Shown here: positions 16,510-25,198 of the stretch, piece after piece
How the letters are laid out: the number at the start of each line of letters is the position of its first letter
How positions within the stretch are numbered: the stretch's first letter is position 1
Assembly: GCA_905479535.1 (NCBI GenBank)
Contig: CAJQMW010000508.1
Span: 1-36,689 of the forward strand
DNA length: 36,689 nucleotides
From: an uncultured Maribacter sp.
GTDB lineage: Bacteria > Bacteroidota > Bacteroidia > Flavobacteriales > Flavobacteriaceae
Direction: 5' to 3'
The notes under the pieces: generated by a model
The model's input: only the letters and a program-made list of their open reading frames with translations
Database searches by the model: none
Told to the model about the DNA's origin: nothing
Made by a program: the position numbers and the translations under genes

Positions 16510-16761
16510 ATGAAGCTATCTAAAACGCAAAAAGAAGTCATTCAGTTAATGCGAGAAGGCTGGCAAGCCGGTTGGACAGTTGGCATAAAGCCCCGTACAC
16601 GGATACAAAACGGAGGCATTGGCAAGGGTGGAGAAAGTAAAACCTTGAACTCCAATACATTCTTTTCTTTGATTGATAAAAAGCTCATTGAGCAAACCGG
16701 AGAAAGGTATCCGAGTAAAAAATATGATCTTACAGAACTTGGCAAAAGCATTGATCTATGA
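16510..16761 (+). CDS. Small winged-helix-like protein
   Basis: LSKTQKEVI...TFFSLIDKKLI...YDLTELG pattern. Confidence 0.55.
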   Translation: MKLSKTQKEVIQLMREGWQAGWTVGIKPRTRIQNGGIGKGGESKTLNSNTFFSLIDKKLIEQTGERYPSKKYDLTELGKSIDL

Positions 16762-16940
16762 CCACCGAAGAAAAACAAGAAATTCTAAAGGTAGCAACCC
16801 AAACAGCAGCCCAGGCACTTTACGCTTCATTTGTCCTTTGTGATCTAAAAGACAAGATTGCAACAACAATCGACTTTGAAGATGCAACAGGCGAAACGCA
16901 CCGCTTTAAATTATCATTTGAAAAAATTGTGACAGGATGA
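16758..16940 (+). CDS. Hypothetical protein
   Basis: ATGA-coupled on both sides. Confidence 0.55.
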   Translation: MTTEEKQEILKVATQTAAQALYASFVLCDLKDKIATTIDFEDATGETHRFKLSFEKIVTG

Positions 16941-17173
16941 CTTACAAATTTGACAAAGTAGTAAAAGTAACCATCAAGTTTGAAGATTCGCAAAAGCATA
17001 TTTACGAGTCATTTAAACAATGGTTGCATGAAAATGAAATCTTCCCGGCTGTTCGCGGTGGTTTCGGCGGCATAAATTATGCTAGTTGGAATTACTCAGA
17101 AGAAAATGCAGAAAAGATACGGGCATGGATGCAAGAAAATGATTGCACTTATTCACATTTTTTAAAATCGTAG
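16937..17173 (+). CDS. Hypothetical protein
   Basis: ATGA-coupled ORF. Confidence 0.55.
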   Translation: MTYKFDKVVKVTIKFEDSQKHIYESFKQWLHENEIFPAVRGGFGGINYASWNYSEENAEKIRAWMQENDCTYSHFLKS

Positions 17174-17175
17174 TG

Positions 17176-17442
17176 ATGAATTACCAAAAACAAGCCCCGG
17201 AAGATGTGGTTGATTTGTTGAGAAAAAACAATGTGCGATATTTTGAATTAGATTACTACGCATTTCCTCAAACATTCGGATCAACTTCCGGGCCACATGG
17301 CGGTATGGGAGGGCAAGCAATTTCAACCTTCACGGTAGAAGCTTACGTTTGCGAGGGGACTGGACCAACAGTTTACACTTGTGCCGGAAAATTAAAATTT
17401 GATCCCGGAAAATTCGACTTATCGAAAAGGCCAAGGTGGTAG
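17176..17442 (+). CDS. Phage hypothetical protein
   Basis: Likely start ATG 17176; FPQTFGSTSGPHGGMGGQA motif. Confidence 0.6.
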   Translation: MNYQKQAPEDVVDLLRKNNVRYFELDYYAFPQTFGSTSGPHGGMGGQAISTFTVEAYVCEGTGPTVYTCAGKLKFDPGKFDLSKRPRW

Positions 17443-17512
17443 GTTTTGATTAATTTTTTTAAACTTTAACTAAATCAACACTAAACACACAGCAATTTTA
17501 TTTATTTTTTCG

Positions 17513-17638
17513 TATATTTGGACGGTGATTTATTCACTTTCTTTCAGTTCTGAGTCGCTCCGGGGTTGAAAGAAATAAGCAGGATTACGAGCCTGTTTAA
17601 GCCGTCTGGATGAGCGACCCAGACGGCTTTTCTTTTTT
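17513..17638 (+). ncRNA. Promoter (TATATTTG) plus structured leader RNA with complementary loops, ending in a terminator
   Basis: Hairpins at 17538-17575 (loop AGTCGCTC), 17577-17598, and 17599-17629 (loop ATGAGCGAC) followed by a T-run. Confidence 0.7.
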
Positions 17639-17675
17639 ACGCCTCCATCCCCCGTTGGCCTTAACTTCTTATCCC

Positions 17676-17936
17676 ATGTTCAATACATTCAATGAAAGGC
17701 TAATCAACACCCTGGAAACCGAGTTAAAAGCGGTTGGGTTGACAATTAAAAAGGCGCGGGAAACTGATAAAAACAACCCGGATTTAATGTTTGTGATCGG
17801 TAAGTTACTCTCCACTTATCCGGTGAGTTTTAACATTGACTTCTTTATCTCCACACTTGATTTACAGGTTAGTAAATCCCCCTACAAAGAGCGATGCACT
17901 TACCTGTACAATAGATCAAAAAAGAAAGTAGCATGA
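17676..17936 (+). CDS. Hypothetical protein
   Basis: Likely start ATG 17676; the upstream in-frame ATG 17610 lies in a terminator loop. Confidence 0.55.
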   Translation: MFNTFNERLINTLETELKAVGLTIKKARETDKNNPDLMFVIGKLLSTYPVSFNIDFFISTLDLQVSKSPYKERCTYLYNRSKKKVA

Positions 17937-18358
17937 ATTACGACTACCAAATACACGTTTCCGGCACAGTTGATCAAAACCAAATCAGCTACGCCTTTCA
18001 GGTTATCAACCTGGACACCGCCGAATTAATCCACGAAGCTGCATTTTCCGGGCCAGAGAGCAAAGAAAATACAATTCACCTTGCAGAGTATAAAGCCGTT
18101 TTTGAGGCTATCACATGGCTTTACAAACGCGGTCTACACAAAGATCAATTCATTGTCTTTTTCACCTGCTCAGAGCTTGTGTGTAAGCAGATGAACGGGG
18201 AGTTAACGGTTGGTGAGTATTCCTATAAAGAAACCGCTGTGCGCTGCCTGACGGCGAAAGACGAATATTTCTGGTGTTTGGATTTTGAACAAGTTTCGGA
18301 AGATGATAACGCGGAAGTCATTGCCCTGGCTAAGTCTAAAATTTTGCAAATAGTTTAG
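17933..18358 (+). CDS. RNase HI-like protein, apparently catalytically degenerate
   Basis: TIHLAEYKAVFEAI...FTCSELVCKQMNG...NAEVIALAK aligns to RNase HI motifs. Confidence 0.7.
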   Translation: MNYDYQIHVSGTVDQNQISYAFQVINLDTAELIHEAAFSGPESKENTIHLAEYKAVFEAITWLYKRGLHKDQFIVFFTCSELVCKQMNGELTVGEYSYKETAVRCLTAKDEYFWCLDFEQVSEDDNAEVIALAKSKILQIV

Positions 18359-18360
18359 AT

Positions 18361-19206
18361 ATGACACTCGGAGGATTATTCAGCGGCATTGGAGGTTTTG
18401 AACTGGCAGCACAGTGGGCCGGGATCACTCCGGTTTGGTCAAACGAAATAAATCCATTTTGCTGCAAAGTACTACGTAAAAACTTTTTCCATGAAATCAT
18501 CGAAGCAGACATTAGAACGATCGGAAGGAAAAGAAAGCACGAGCTCAGTCCCGTTGACATTATTTGCGGAGGATTCCCTTGCCAACCGTTCAGTGGAGCG
18601 GGGAAGCGAAAAGGCAATAATGATGACCGTTACCTCTGGCCGGAAATGCTCAGGGTTATTGACGAAATCAAACCAACTTGGGTTATTGGTGAAAATGTTG
18701 CTGGAATCACGAGCATGGACATCGAAACTAACCTATTTAAAATGGAGGACGAAGAAAATTATTTCCTATGGGTTGAAAAAGTCCTGCAAAGAATCATCAC
18801 CGATCTTAACTCAATCGGATACGACGTTCCACGAACACGTCAAGGCGAACCGATATTTTTTAATATTCCAGCTTGTGCAGTTGGGGCGCCACACCAAAGA
18901 GAAAGGATTTGGATTATTGCCTACCCCGACAGCAAGTTGCAAGATGCCATTATCCCCGCAATCAGCAAGGTTAAAAACAACAACGGGTTGCCGTCCAAGC
19001 GGAGCGAAGATTGGAGCAAGTTTGAATTGGTGTCCGGAATTGGGCTTACAGGAGTTGGATTCTACAACGGACACGACATTGAACCCACGGTTATTAGAGG
19101 CAATGATGGGTTATCCGAAAGACTGGACCAAAATCACGCCCTCGGAAACGCCATAGTCCCGCAAATAGCGCAGGTGATTTTTGAATCAATTTTACAAATA
19201 GTTTAA
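18361..19206 (+). CDS. DNA (cytosine-5) methyltransferase, alpha subunit (lacks motif IX)
   Basis: Motif I LFSGIGG, IV GGFPCQPFS, VI ENV, VIII QRERIWII, X LGNAIVPQIA. Confidence 0.9.
   Translation: MTLGGLFSGIGGFELAAQWAGITPVWSNEINPFCCKVLRKNFFHEIIEADIRTIGRKRKHELSPVDIICGGFPCQPFSGAGKRKGNNDDRYLWPEMLRVIDEIKPTWVIGENVAGITSMDIETNLFKMEDEENYFLWVEKVLQRIITDLNSIGYDVPRTRQGEPIFFNIPACAVGAPHQRERIWIIAYPDSKLQDAIIPAISKVKNNNGLPSKRSEDWSKFELVSGIGLTGVGFYNGHDIEPTVIRGNDGLSERLDQNHALGNAIVPQIAQVIFESILQIV
18491..19156 (+). CDS. Nested +1-frame gene: C5-MTase beta subunit (TRD-like segment plus motif IX)
   Basis: 221-codon open frame entirely within the MTase; LLPTPTAS segment and motif IX-like LNPRLLEAMMGYPKDWT. True start uncertain. 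Confidence 0.75.
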   Translation: MKSSKQTLERSEGKESTSSVPLTLFAEDSLANRSVERGSEKAIMMTVTSGRKCSGLLTKSNQLGLLVKMLLESRAWTSKLTYLKWRTKKIISYGLKKSCKESSPILTQSDTTFHEHVKANRYFLIFQLVQLGRHTKEKGFGLLPTPTASCKMPLSPQSARLKTTTGCRPSGAKIGASLNWCPELGLQELDSTTDTTLNPRLLEAMMGYPKDWTKITPSETP

Positions 19207-19217
19207 TACGTTGTCCC

Positions 19218-20294
19218 ATGATTACACAAATTCTACTAAATAACCTGGATAGTGATAACAACAGAATCAGCTACCGTAGGGATTGGAATAAAATAACCGG
19301 ATCAGTTACCGCTACCATTCTTTTGCAACAGGTTTACTACTGGTATAAAATCAATGACTTTAAGCCATTTTATAAATTCAAGTGTGCTCCAAGTAAGCCT
19401 CATAAGTTGTATAACCCAGATAAGCCAGACGATTGGTGTAGCGAGCTTGGGTTTACAGAACGCGAATTTGACGGTGCATTGAAGCGGATAGGATTTAAGT
19501 ACACACAAAAGACCAAAAACCAGAAACACAGCCAGTTAGTTGAGTTCTGGACTGATTCATCAAGGGTTACTCACTACAAGCTAAACATGGTGAATTTCCT
19601 TTGCGCATTAATGGATTTATACCTAACCAACAATTTGTCGGTTACGAAAACAACAAAAAGTGATTTAGCTAACCTACAAAATGACATTTACGAAACCTAC
19701 AAATTAGACTTTACGAAAAGCACAAAAAGTAGTTTACCTATAACAGATACTACTTCAGATACTACTTCAGATACTACCAAAGAAGAACACGCGGAAAAAT
19801 CCGCGCCCCCTGTTTTCGATCAACCAGAAAAAAAAGAAACCTCTAAAAGCGACAAAAAAGAAATGTCCCATCCCCCGGTTGCGGCGACCCCCTTCCAAGA
19901 CTTCCCGGAATGTGATGAAGATTTAAAGCCTGTATTTGGGTTTCAAAATTTTTGGGATACCTACGACATGAAATTGGATCGGGCAAAATGCGAATCTAAG
20001 TGGAAAAAATTAAAGCAATCTGAAATTAACGAAATCGAAAGAACCCTGTCTTTTTACGTAGCCGACACGGTAAAAGATGATTCAGAGCAAACGAAGGGAG
20101 TTTGGCGGCGGCGAAGAAAAAACCCAATTACATACCTAAATCAAAAAACCTGGAAAGATTACGCAGACGCTACCGGCCCACTGGTCAAGAAATCCGGCAA
20201 AGTAGTTTCTATCGGCAAAGACAGACCGGCATCAATTGCAATTATTGACGATTCAAAATATGACAAATGGCGGAACAAAGCACAGACAACGTAG
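19218..20294 (+). CDS. Phage replication initiator (N-terminal wHTH, iteron-containing linker, C-terminal helical domain)
   Basis: TGSVTATILLQQVYYW...WCSELGFTEREFDGA; FQNFWDTY...KWKKL...KNPITYLNQKTW; precedes a loader ATPase. Confidence 0.75.
   Translation: MITQILLNNLDSDNNRISYRRDWNKITGSVTATILLQQVYYWYKINDFKPFYKFKCAPSKPHKLYNPDKPDDWCSELGFTEREFDGALKRIGFKYTQKTKNQKHSQLVEFWTDSSRVTHYKLNMVNFLCALMDLYLTNNLSVTKTTKSDLANLQNDIYETYKLDFTKSTKSSLPITDTTSDTTSDTTKEEHAEKSAPPVFDQPEKKETSKSDKKEMSHPPVAATPFQDFPECDEDLKPVFGFQNFWDTYDMKLDRAKCESKWKKLKQSEINEIERTLSFYVADTVKDDSEQTKGVWRRRRKNPITYLNQKTWKDYADATGPLVKKSGKVVSIGKDRPASIAIIDDSKYDKWRNKAQTT
19619..19778 (+). repeat. Putative replication origin: five 23-bp imperfect direct repeats plus about three 12-bp repeats
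   Basis: Units start at 19619, 19642, 19665, 19688 and 19711; then cagatactactt repeats at 19744-19778. Confidence 0.75.
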
Positions 20295-21094
20295 AGTACC
20301 CCAAAACAGTCGAACAGCTACGGGATGAACAGGAAAAGATTAAGAACCGGCATAAACCCCAAAGCTCAATCACTGAAATATCACCCGAATACGCAGCCAA
20401 GTTGCGCGGCGATACATTGAGTGAAGAAAACCAAATCTTGTTGCACGCTGATCAACTGTTGCACCGGCCACAAAAAAAGATTGAACTGGCGATGCCATAC
20501 AACACAGCCAGACGGGTAGTTTGGAAAATCTGCAAAGCAAAAAGCGCAATCATTGGCCGGGAATTTATCGTTGATGAAAACAATAAATCAGTAATCCAAA
20601 ACCTGATCAAATATTTCATTGGCGATGAAAGCGGAGAATACAACCCGTCTAAAGGGCTGCTGCTTTTCGGAAAGGTTGGATTAGGGAAAACCTATCTACT
20701 TTCCGTTATGCAAACTTTTGTGAAAGCCGCGAACATTGAACACCGAAAATTTGGAATAAAGGTTTGCGCTGATATTGTCGATGAGGTGGAAGATACAAGC
20801 AAAGATGCCCCCGGTATCAACGCATTGAATAAGTATTTTTCCGGGAAGGATATGTGTTTCGATGATTTGGGGCAGGAAATTGCTGTTTTGCAGCGATATG
20901 GTAACACTTTTTCAGTCATGGAACGAGTACTTGTGAAAAGGTATTCAAACTTTGTGAACGGTAAGTGTATCACCCATGCCACTACCAACCTGACCCCGGA
21001 AGAAATAGAAACCGTGTATGGTTCCCGGTTAGCTGATCGCTGCAATGAAATGTTCAATTTTGTTTTTATGGACGGTGAAAGCCGTAGAAAATAA
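20267..21094 (+). CDS. DnaC/IstB-like P-loop ATPase (helicase loader-like)
   Basis: Walker A GKVGLGKT, Walker B MCFDDLG, TTNL, YGSRLADRCNEM. Confidence 0.8.
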   Translation: MAEQSTDNVEYPKTVEQLRDEQEKIKNRHKPQSSITEISPEYAAKLRGDTLSEENQILLHADQLLHRPQKKIELAMPYNTARRVVWKICKAKSAIIGREFIVDENNKSVIQNLIKYFIGDESGEYNPSKGLLLFGKVGLGKTYLLSVMQTFVKAANIEHRKFGIKVCADIVDEVEDTSKDAPGINALNKYFSGKDMCFDDLGQEIAVLQRYGNTFSVMERVLVKRYSNFVNGKCITHATTNLTPEEIETVYGSRLADRCNEMFNFVFMDGESRRK

Positions 21095-21099
21095 ATCAG

Positions 21100-21690
21100 A
21101 TGCTATTTCCTGAAACAAGAACCATTTTAATCTTTTGCGAAGAAAGCGGAGTATTTGCGAACTTGTATCGTTCAGCCGGTTACAATGTTGTTGTTCGGGA
21201 TTTGAAAATAAACCCTGATCATGATGTTCGATTTGAGCCATATATTGAAACGGGGGGGGTATACGGATTTTTGGGCTTTCCTCCGTGTACTCACCTTGCA
21301 GGAAGCGGCGCAAGGTGGTGGAAGGGAAAAGGACCGGGAGCATTAGCCGAAGCCCTTGCAATTGCTGACGCATGTTTGAGAATAATAGCTTTGTATCAAC
21401 CTAAGTTTTGGGTGATTGAAAACCCGGTTGGTCGTTTATCTCAATTTTACGGACCGCCTAAGATGACATTTCACCCGGCAGAATACGCAGGATGGGCAGA
21501 TGTTCCAGGCGATGAAGCATACACAAAAAGAACATGTCTTTGGGGTTCTTTTACCGTGCCCCGAAAAAAACCAGAAGAACCGGTTTTAGGTAGTTTGATG
21601 CACAAATTACCGCCTAGCGATAACCGGGCAGAACTGAGATCGAAAACGCCAATAGGCTTTGCCAGAGCGTTTTTTGCCTATAACAATTAA
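21100..21690 (+). CDS. Short phage C5-cytosine methyltransferase-like protein
   Basis: FCEESG (motif I variant), FPPCT (IV), IENPVG (VI), YTKRTCLW, RSKTP.GFARA. Confidence 0.75.
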   Translation: MLFPETRTILIFCEESGVFANLYRSAGYNVVVRDLKINPDHDVRFEPYIETGGVYGFLGFPPCTHLAGSGARWWKGKGPGALAEALAIADACLRIIALYQPKFWVIENPVGRLSQFYGPPKMTFHPAEYAGWADVPGDEAYTKRTCLWGSFTVPRKKPEEPVLGSLMHKLPPSDNRAELRSKTPIGFARAFFAYNN

Positions 21691-21703
21691 TACAAAATCA
21701 ACT

Positions 21704-22120
21704 ATGTTAAACCGCGTGTTAATAATCGGAAATTTGGGGCGTGACCCCGAAACCACCACGCTGGAAAGTGGCGCAACCGTAGCAAAATTTTCCATCGCTA
21801 CCAGTGAAAACTACAAAGACAAAAACGGAGAATGGCAAAGCATTACCGAATGGCATGATATAGTTTGTTGGCGATCACTCGCAGAACGGGCCGCAAGTCA
21901 ACTCAAAAAAGGAATGCCGGTCTATATCGAAGGGAAACTAACCCACCGCACATGGGAAGATAAAGAAGGAAACAAGCGTAAAACTACTGAGGTGGTCGCT
22001 AATTACTTCCGGTCCCTGGCAAAGAAGGAAGGTGATAATAGCAATTATTTTCCGAGTGAAGATGATGAGCCGGTGAGTCCAGAGGTCGGTGGCGAAAAAG
22101 ACGACGATCTCCCTTTTTGA
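21704..22120 (+). CDS. ssb: Single-stranded DNA-binding protein
   Basis: MLNRVLIIGNLGRDPE...TEWHDIVCW...VYIEGKL; acidic tail DDDLPF. Confidence 0.95.
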   Translation: MLNRVLIIGNLGRDPETTTLESGATVAKFSIATSENYKDKNGEWQSITEWHDIVCWRSLAERAASQLKKGMPVYIEGKLTHRTWEDKEGNKRKTTEVVANYFRSLAKKEGDNSNYFPSEDDEPVSPEVGGEKDDDLPF

Positions 22121-22335
22121 TATTCACCTCACCCTGGGCAACGGTAGGCGCAATTTTTGAAAACAAAATACTCGTTGCAACTGCTCCTTATGCCTACAAG
22201 CTTTTAAAAAGAGAGCGCAACCAAGATGAGGTGATTAAAATAATGCAATCAAAAGGTTTTACCCATGAAAGAATTACCCGCAATAAAACTACACTGCCTG
22301 ACTTATACCAAAAAGACCAAAAATGGTTTACCTAA
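22117..22335 (+). CDS. Hypothetical protein
   Basis: TTG start overlapping the ssb stop. Confidence 0.4.
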   Translation: MIFTSPWATVGAIFENKILVATAPYAYKLLKRERNQDEVIKIMQSKGFTHERITRNKTTLPDLYQKDQKWFT

Positions 22336-22465
22336 AGTTTGGCGAAAAATACCCGGTTCAAGTATTTCCATGCTGGAAGGGCATAGTGATTGGGCAAGAC
22401 GCGTTTACCCTGATCTACCAAATAAAGAAACTTGGATCATCAACCTTAATTTTTATTCAAACTAA
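22265..22465 (+). CDS. Hypothetical protein
   Basis: 66 aa; ends just before the HNH gene; overlaps the previous ORF. Confidence 0.45.
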   Translation: MKELPAIKLHCLTYTKKTKNGLPKVWRKIPGSSISMLEGHSDWARRVYPDLPNKETWIINLNFYSN

Positions 22466-22467
22466 TT

Positions 22468-22770
22468 ATGCCAGCAACTAGAAAAACCCGCCAAAAGCTA
22501 TACGAATTAAAGGGTGAATGGTGTAATGGGTGTGGCCGTAGCGATATTCACATAAGTTGTTCTCACCGAATACCGGAAAGATTAAGACCAGATTTAAAAG
22601 ATGATTTAGAAAATCTTGATCCAATGGGTATTGAGTGCGGTTGTCATGATAAGGTGGAGCGTGGTAGATACGATGAATTAGCCAATGGTGAAGAAATTTT
22701 GTCTTATATAAAACGGGTGGACCCTGAATATTTTTTTATCAAGACGTTAAATCAACATAAAACGCACTAA
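22468..22770 (+). CDS. HNH-like zinc-binding endonuclease
   Basis: CNGC...SHRIP...ENL...CGCH. Confidence 0.65.
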   Translation: MPATRKTRQKLYELKGEWCNGCGRSDIHISCSHRIPERLRPDLKDDLENLDPMGIECGCHDKVERGRYDELANGEEILSYIKRVDPEYFFIKTLNQHKTH

Positions 22771-22782
22771 GGATTTATTTTA

Positions 22783-22832
22783 AATATTTAGTAAATATTG
22801 TTTGGTTTATATTTATTATTTACTTACCTTTG
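22783..22832 (+). promoter_or_regulatory. Operator palindrome plus promoter of the MTase-SNF2-ASCH-rSAM operon
   Basis: AATATTTA-G-TAAATATT (22783-22799), TTTG 22801-22804, 20-nt spacer, TACCTTTG 22825-22832. Confidence 0.75.
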
Positions 22833-22859
22833 GTTTATCGAATTAATAAAAGCGAACAA

Positions 22860-23819
22860 ATGAAGTTTGATATAAAAAATACTGATTGCATACCCGAAAT
22901 GCACCGCCTTGCGAAAGAAGGCGTTCAATTTGACCTTTCAGTTTTCAGCCCTCCTTTTGCTTCGCTTTATTCTTATTCTGAGGATGAAGCCGACATGGGC
23001 AACAGCAAGGATTCGGACGATGAATTTTTACTTCATTATGAGTTTTTCGCAAACGCGCTCTTTCCGATCATTAAGCCCGGTAGGAATGTTTGTGTGCATC
23101 TTCAACAAGTAACACGGACCAAAGGCGATTACGGCCACATGGGGTTGTTTGATATTCGCGGCCATGTTAATCGATTAATGGAGAAAGCCGGGTTTATTCT
23201 TTACGGCGAGGTTGCAATACCAAAGAACCCACAAGCTCAAAGCATACGACTAAAAGCACATCAATTACAGTTCAGCCAGTGGGAAAAGGATTCGACGGTT
23301 AGCCGTCCGGCATTGGCTGATTGGCTCCAAATCTACAAAGTACCCGGAAAGAATGAAACACCTGTAAGACCGCTTGATAATGGGCTTGACCGGGATCTGT
23401 GGATAGATTGGGCTGATATGGTTTGGAAGCCAAAGGACGGTCAATTGTGCCTACCATCTTCTATTTGGTTTGATATTCGGGAAACTCATTTGCTGAATAA
23501 TACCGCCAGTGTTCATTCGGTAATTGGGAAGGGTCATAAGCCTAGCAATACTAAGTTTCAGGCTGATGAACGCCATCTTTGTCCATTGCAGATCGACCTT
23601 ATCGAACGTTGTGTACTTCTTTGGAGTAACCCCGGCGAAACCGTCTTTTCCCCTTTTGGCGGCATTGGATCAGAAGCGGTTGGGGCTTTGATGCACCGAC
23701 GCAATGCCTACATAACCGAACTTAACCCAAACTATGCCTATGAGGCTGAAAGAAACTGCCAGGGCATTGTAAATAAAATCGAACACGAAGAACGTGTGCT
23801 AACCCTTTTTGACCTATGA
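22860..23819 (+). CDS. Beta-class N4-cytosine/N6-adenine DNA methyltransferase
   Basis: Start ATG 22860; motif IV FSPPF precedes motif I VFSPFGGIGS; HLCPLQ. Confidence 0.85.
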   Translation: MKFDIKNTDCIPEMHRLAKEGVQFDLSVFSPPFASLYSYSEDEADMGNSKDSDDEFLLHYEFFANALFPIIKPGRNVCVHLQQVTRTKGDYGHMGLFDIRGHVNRLMEKAGFILYGEVAIPKNPQAQSIRLKAHQLQFSQWEKDSTVSRPALADWLQIYKVPGKNETPVRPLDNGLDRDLWIDWADMVWKPKDGQLCLPSSIWFDIRETHLLNNTASVHSVIGKGHKPSNTKFQADERHLCPLQIDLIERCVLLWSNPGETVFSPFGGIGSEAVGALMHRRNAYITELNPNYAYEAERNCQGIVNKIEHEERVLTLFDL

Positions 23820-25198
23820 TAACCATCCCAATAAATACCGGAACCCTAGAAGGATATAACACTTTCTTAAAGTGCAAAACCTTACCTTTTTACAGGGTTG
23901 AAGGTGATGCTGTTTTGACTGACCAAGAAAGCTACAATCTAGTTTTTAAAGTTGAGCAGAAAAACGATCTACGGGTTGAGAACAACAAGGCGTTTGACTA
24001 CCAAATCTACATAGTTAATACCGCATTAGACCGCAAAAGGTATGCGGCATTCCTGGACTGTGGATTAGGGAAAAGCTTTATCCAATTGATGTGGGCGCAA
24101 GCAGTCAGCCAAAAAGGAAAAGTATTAATGCTTTGTCCTTTGTCGGTGATCAATGAGCTTTTAAACGATCACAAAAAGTTCGGCATCCAAACACCTATTA
24201 CCAACCTACGGGAGACAAACGGGAAATGGAGCGAGGGAATTGGAGTCTGGAATTACGAAAACATCCGGGATTTGGATTTGCGCGGAGTATCTGGAATATC
24301 ACTTGACGAATCAAGCGTACTTAAAAACGGCGATGGGGTAACAAAAAAATGGCTGTGTAAGCTTTCATCTTTGATCGAATACAAACTTGCTTGCTCCGCT
24401 ACACCAGCCCCTAATGAGCAATCAGAGTACGCCAGCCATGCGGTATTCCTGGGAGTATCCAACACCAACAAAGAATTTTATTCCCGGTTTTTCCGCAAGC
24501 AGGGTAATAACTGGATATTGAAACAACATGCCCAAAGAGCTTTTTATCAAAACCTTGCAACGTGGGCATGTTACATTCATAACCCTACTTTGCTAGGGTT
24601 TGAGTGCGGCGGTTATCTTGACGAACAACCGGAATACATTGTTAAGCCATTACCCGGTCACGTTGATTTAGACCAGGGGCTTTTATTCTCCGCTACCGCT
24701 GGATTAAAAGAAGCTTCAAAGGTTTATAGGTTTCGGTATGATACCAATACTGAACGCTTTAGGTACTGTGTGAAAAAAGCCACAGAAGGCCGTTCAATTG
24801 TTTGGTGTAATCGAAACGCAGAAGAAACCGCATTTGCTAAGGCTATTCCAAACAGCCAGCTTATAACCGGATCTACCCCAATTGAAAAGCGGGTTGAATA
24901 TATTGAAGCATTCCGGCGCGGTGATATTAACACGCTCATTTCAAAGCCCAAAATATTAGGTTGGGGTGTAAATCTTCAACAGGCTGACCGGCATATTTAT
25001 AGCGGCTATGATTTTTCCTTTGAATCACTTTACCAAGCTGTTAGAAGGTCACACCGATACGGAAGGGAGGGACGGTTAAAGGTATTCATCCCAATGATCG
25101 AAGCCGAACGCCCAATTTATGAAACCATCCAGGTTAAAATGTCAACTTTCGAGCAGGATGTTATCAGACTGCAAGAGCAATTTGGATTGAGCAAATGA
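23816..25198 (+). CDS. SNF2-like SF2 helicase/ATPase
   Basis: DCGLGKS, LDESS, SATP, GWGVNLQ, YQAVRRSHRYG. Confidence 0.85.
   Translation: MITIPINTGTLEGYNTFLKCKTLPFYRVEGDAVLTDQESYNLVFKVEQKNDLRVENNKAFDYQIYIVNTALDRKRYAAFLDCGLGKSFIQLMWAQAVSQKGKVLMLCPLSVINELLNDHKKFGIQTPITNLRETNGKWSEGIGVWNYENIRDLDLRGVSGISLDESSVLKNGDGVTKKWLCKLSSLIEYKLACSATPAPNEQSEYASHAVFLGVSNTNKEFYSRFFRKQGNNWILKQHAQRAFYQNLATWACYIHNPTLLGFECGGYLDEQPEYIVKPLPGHVDLDQGLLFSATAGLKEASKVYRFRYDTNTERFRYCVKKATEGRSIVWCNRNAEETAFAKAIPNSQLITGSTPIEKRVEYIEAFRRGDINTLISKPKILGWGVNLQQADRHIYSGYDFSFESLYQAVRRSHRYGREGRLKVFIPMIEAERPIYETIQVKMSTFEQDVIRLQEQFGLSK

Noticed and set aside
18336-19074. Antisense ORFs in the MTase (18336..18617, 18811..19074) and other short shadow ORFs such as 4111..4575, 20692..21057, 21029..21373, 36455..36640
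   Set aside because: They overlap well-supported genes and carry no recognisable motifs, unlike the +1-frame ORF 18491..19156.
19619-19778. CRISPR array
   Set aside because: The repeats are contiguous, degenerate, lack spacers and lie inside a coding sequence; no cas genes.
18361-23819. Restriction-modification or DISARM/BREX defence system
   Set aside because: No cognate restriction enzyme or core defence genes; orphan MTases in a phage replication region are the simpler reading.
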